Shown here piece by piece: positions 62,663 to 64,000 of a DNA stretch of 64,000 nt. The translations under genes were made by a program, and so were the position numbers. Every line of letters starts with the position of its first letter. Within the stretch, counting starts at the first letter, position 1. This DNA is from Octopus bimaculoides. Lineage: Eukaryota. The notes below the pieces were generated by a model. It was not told where the DNA came from. It saw only the letters and a program-made list of their open reading frames with translations, and did no database searches. The DNA lies in the NCBI RefSeq assembly GCF_001194135.2, contig NC_068981.1, positions 108,043,359-108,107,358 of the forward strand, read 5' to 3'.

Positions 62663-63727
62663 ATGACTTCAGCAAAATTCCGTGAAGAATTTGACAAATA
62701 TGACCCCATTGATGTAGAAGGTGTAGTTATTGAGCACAAAAAATGGATTGCTGAACGCATGCGACGACATCGCAGTACAATGTGGATTAATCTTGCATCA
62801 CTTTGTTTGAGCTTATTGCTTATTATAAGCACTTTTATACCACTCCGCAACTTGTTATCAACCATGTACCCTGAAAATGGACTTGGCTACTTTTCTCTTT
62901 GTTGTATTTATGCAAGTTATGTCATAGGATGTTATGCATTATCTGCGATTGCTCATTACATTCATCCAAAAGGAGCAATTGTTCTTGCCATTATTGGACA
63001 TTCTATTTTTGCAGGATCACATCTTTACCCATCATTTGAAACCTTAATTCCAGCTTCTTGCATTCTTGGTCTTTGTCAAGCTGTTCTTTGGCGATCACAA
63101 GAACTTCTGTGTACCAGTTATGCTGCCAACTTTGCAGCTTTATCAGGAATAAATGTCAGCGATGTTTTAAAACGTTTCCATATGGCACTTATACTAAGTG
63201 TTCAGTTGGCACAAATAATGGGTAATTCTTTAGTTTCCTTTATCTTCTTTCAGCATCATACTTTAAATAAAGCTCATTTCACTGAAAGAATCAACTCAAC
63301 TTTAACATTTTCATCTGATGAAGCTGCAATGATTGGCTCATCAAATCGTGCTGTAAGAGACATTTCTTATATTCCATCTGAGCCATTGTCAGTTCAACAT
63401 TTTCATTCACCATTTGCTCATGACCATCCATTTGCTGCTATGAATGTTGATTACTGCCCAAAAGAGCCATTAAGTATAGTTAATACATATGCTGGTGAAT
63501 TTCATACAGTAAAAATTGTGTTTTTATCTTTTACAATTGCTGCACTGGTTATGGTCTCAGTCTTTCTCCATAAACCAGATATTTTGGTTCAAAAAAGAAA
63601 TCTAGAGTTTAAACATCAGTTGCATGAAATTTTTCATGTTTGGGTTGAAAAAAGGTGGCTTCTCACAACTGGTGTAGTATTTTATTCTGGGATTCAACAA
63701 GCTCTTATTGTTGGAGAACTAACAAAG
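62663..63727 (+). CDS. UNC-93-like MFS membrane protein, first coding exon (355 codons; gene continues beyond the window)
   Basis: Acceptor ttttatttctag at 62541, ATG at 62663, donor AAG|gtaagt at 63728. UNC-93 family motifs GLG..SL..IY, YP...TLIP.S..LG....LW..Q, Q..QI.GN..VS and FYSG.QQA...GE.TK. Orthology to UNC93A is not established. Confidence 0.88.
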
Positions 63728-64000
63728 GTAAGTTAACCAATCATTATGATTTTATATTCAAAATAAAGCAAATTACATCTGTAATATAAAAAGAAAACAT
63801 TTCAAATTCATTATCTTATTCTTCAAACTTATTTTATTTCAAAAAGCTTTAGTTCATCATTTTCTTGATATTTGCTAACTTTATAAAAAATGATATAAAA
63901 CTAGCTGATTTAGCAAACAATTCTTATTACATAACTACACAGTAAAATCATACTTGTTTTGATTCACAGAAAACAATTACTCTGCTACTATTATTAGTTC

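Overview
AT-rich, repeat-dense animal genomic DNA with five N-gaps. The SINE/LINE repertoire resembles that of an octopus; this is an inference from recognising repeat families, not a database result. Two protein-coding genes are supported, both on the + strand. The first is the last ten coding exons of PRPF39 (6408-17465; all GT-AG; 457 aa plus stop when spliced); its 5' exons are not visible in the window. The second is one large coding exon (62663-63727) of an UNC-93-family MFS membrane protein that runs off the right edge. A CpG-rich patch at about 32.9-34.7 kb looks like a promoter. Most of the rest is transposon debris: RTE, R4/Dong, CRE and CR1-like LINEs, a two-LTR Gypsy with a tRNA-Trp PBS, Tc1/mariner copies, a Helitron 3' end, several MITEs, three tRNA-SINE families and Penelope-like elements (PLEs). 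The most notable observations are: a PLE terminal repeat that couples a tRNA-like Pol III promoter to a minimal hammerhead ribozyme, present in three copies; a separate hammerhead at 50.7 kb; a 5S rRNA-headed SINE-like chimera; a Merlin-like MITE; and candidate NMD/cassette exons in PRPF39.
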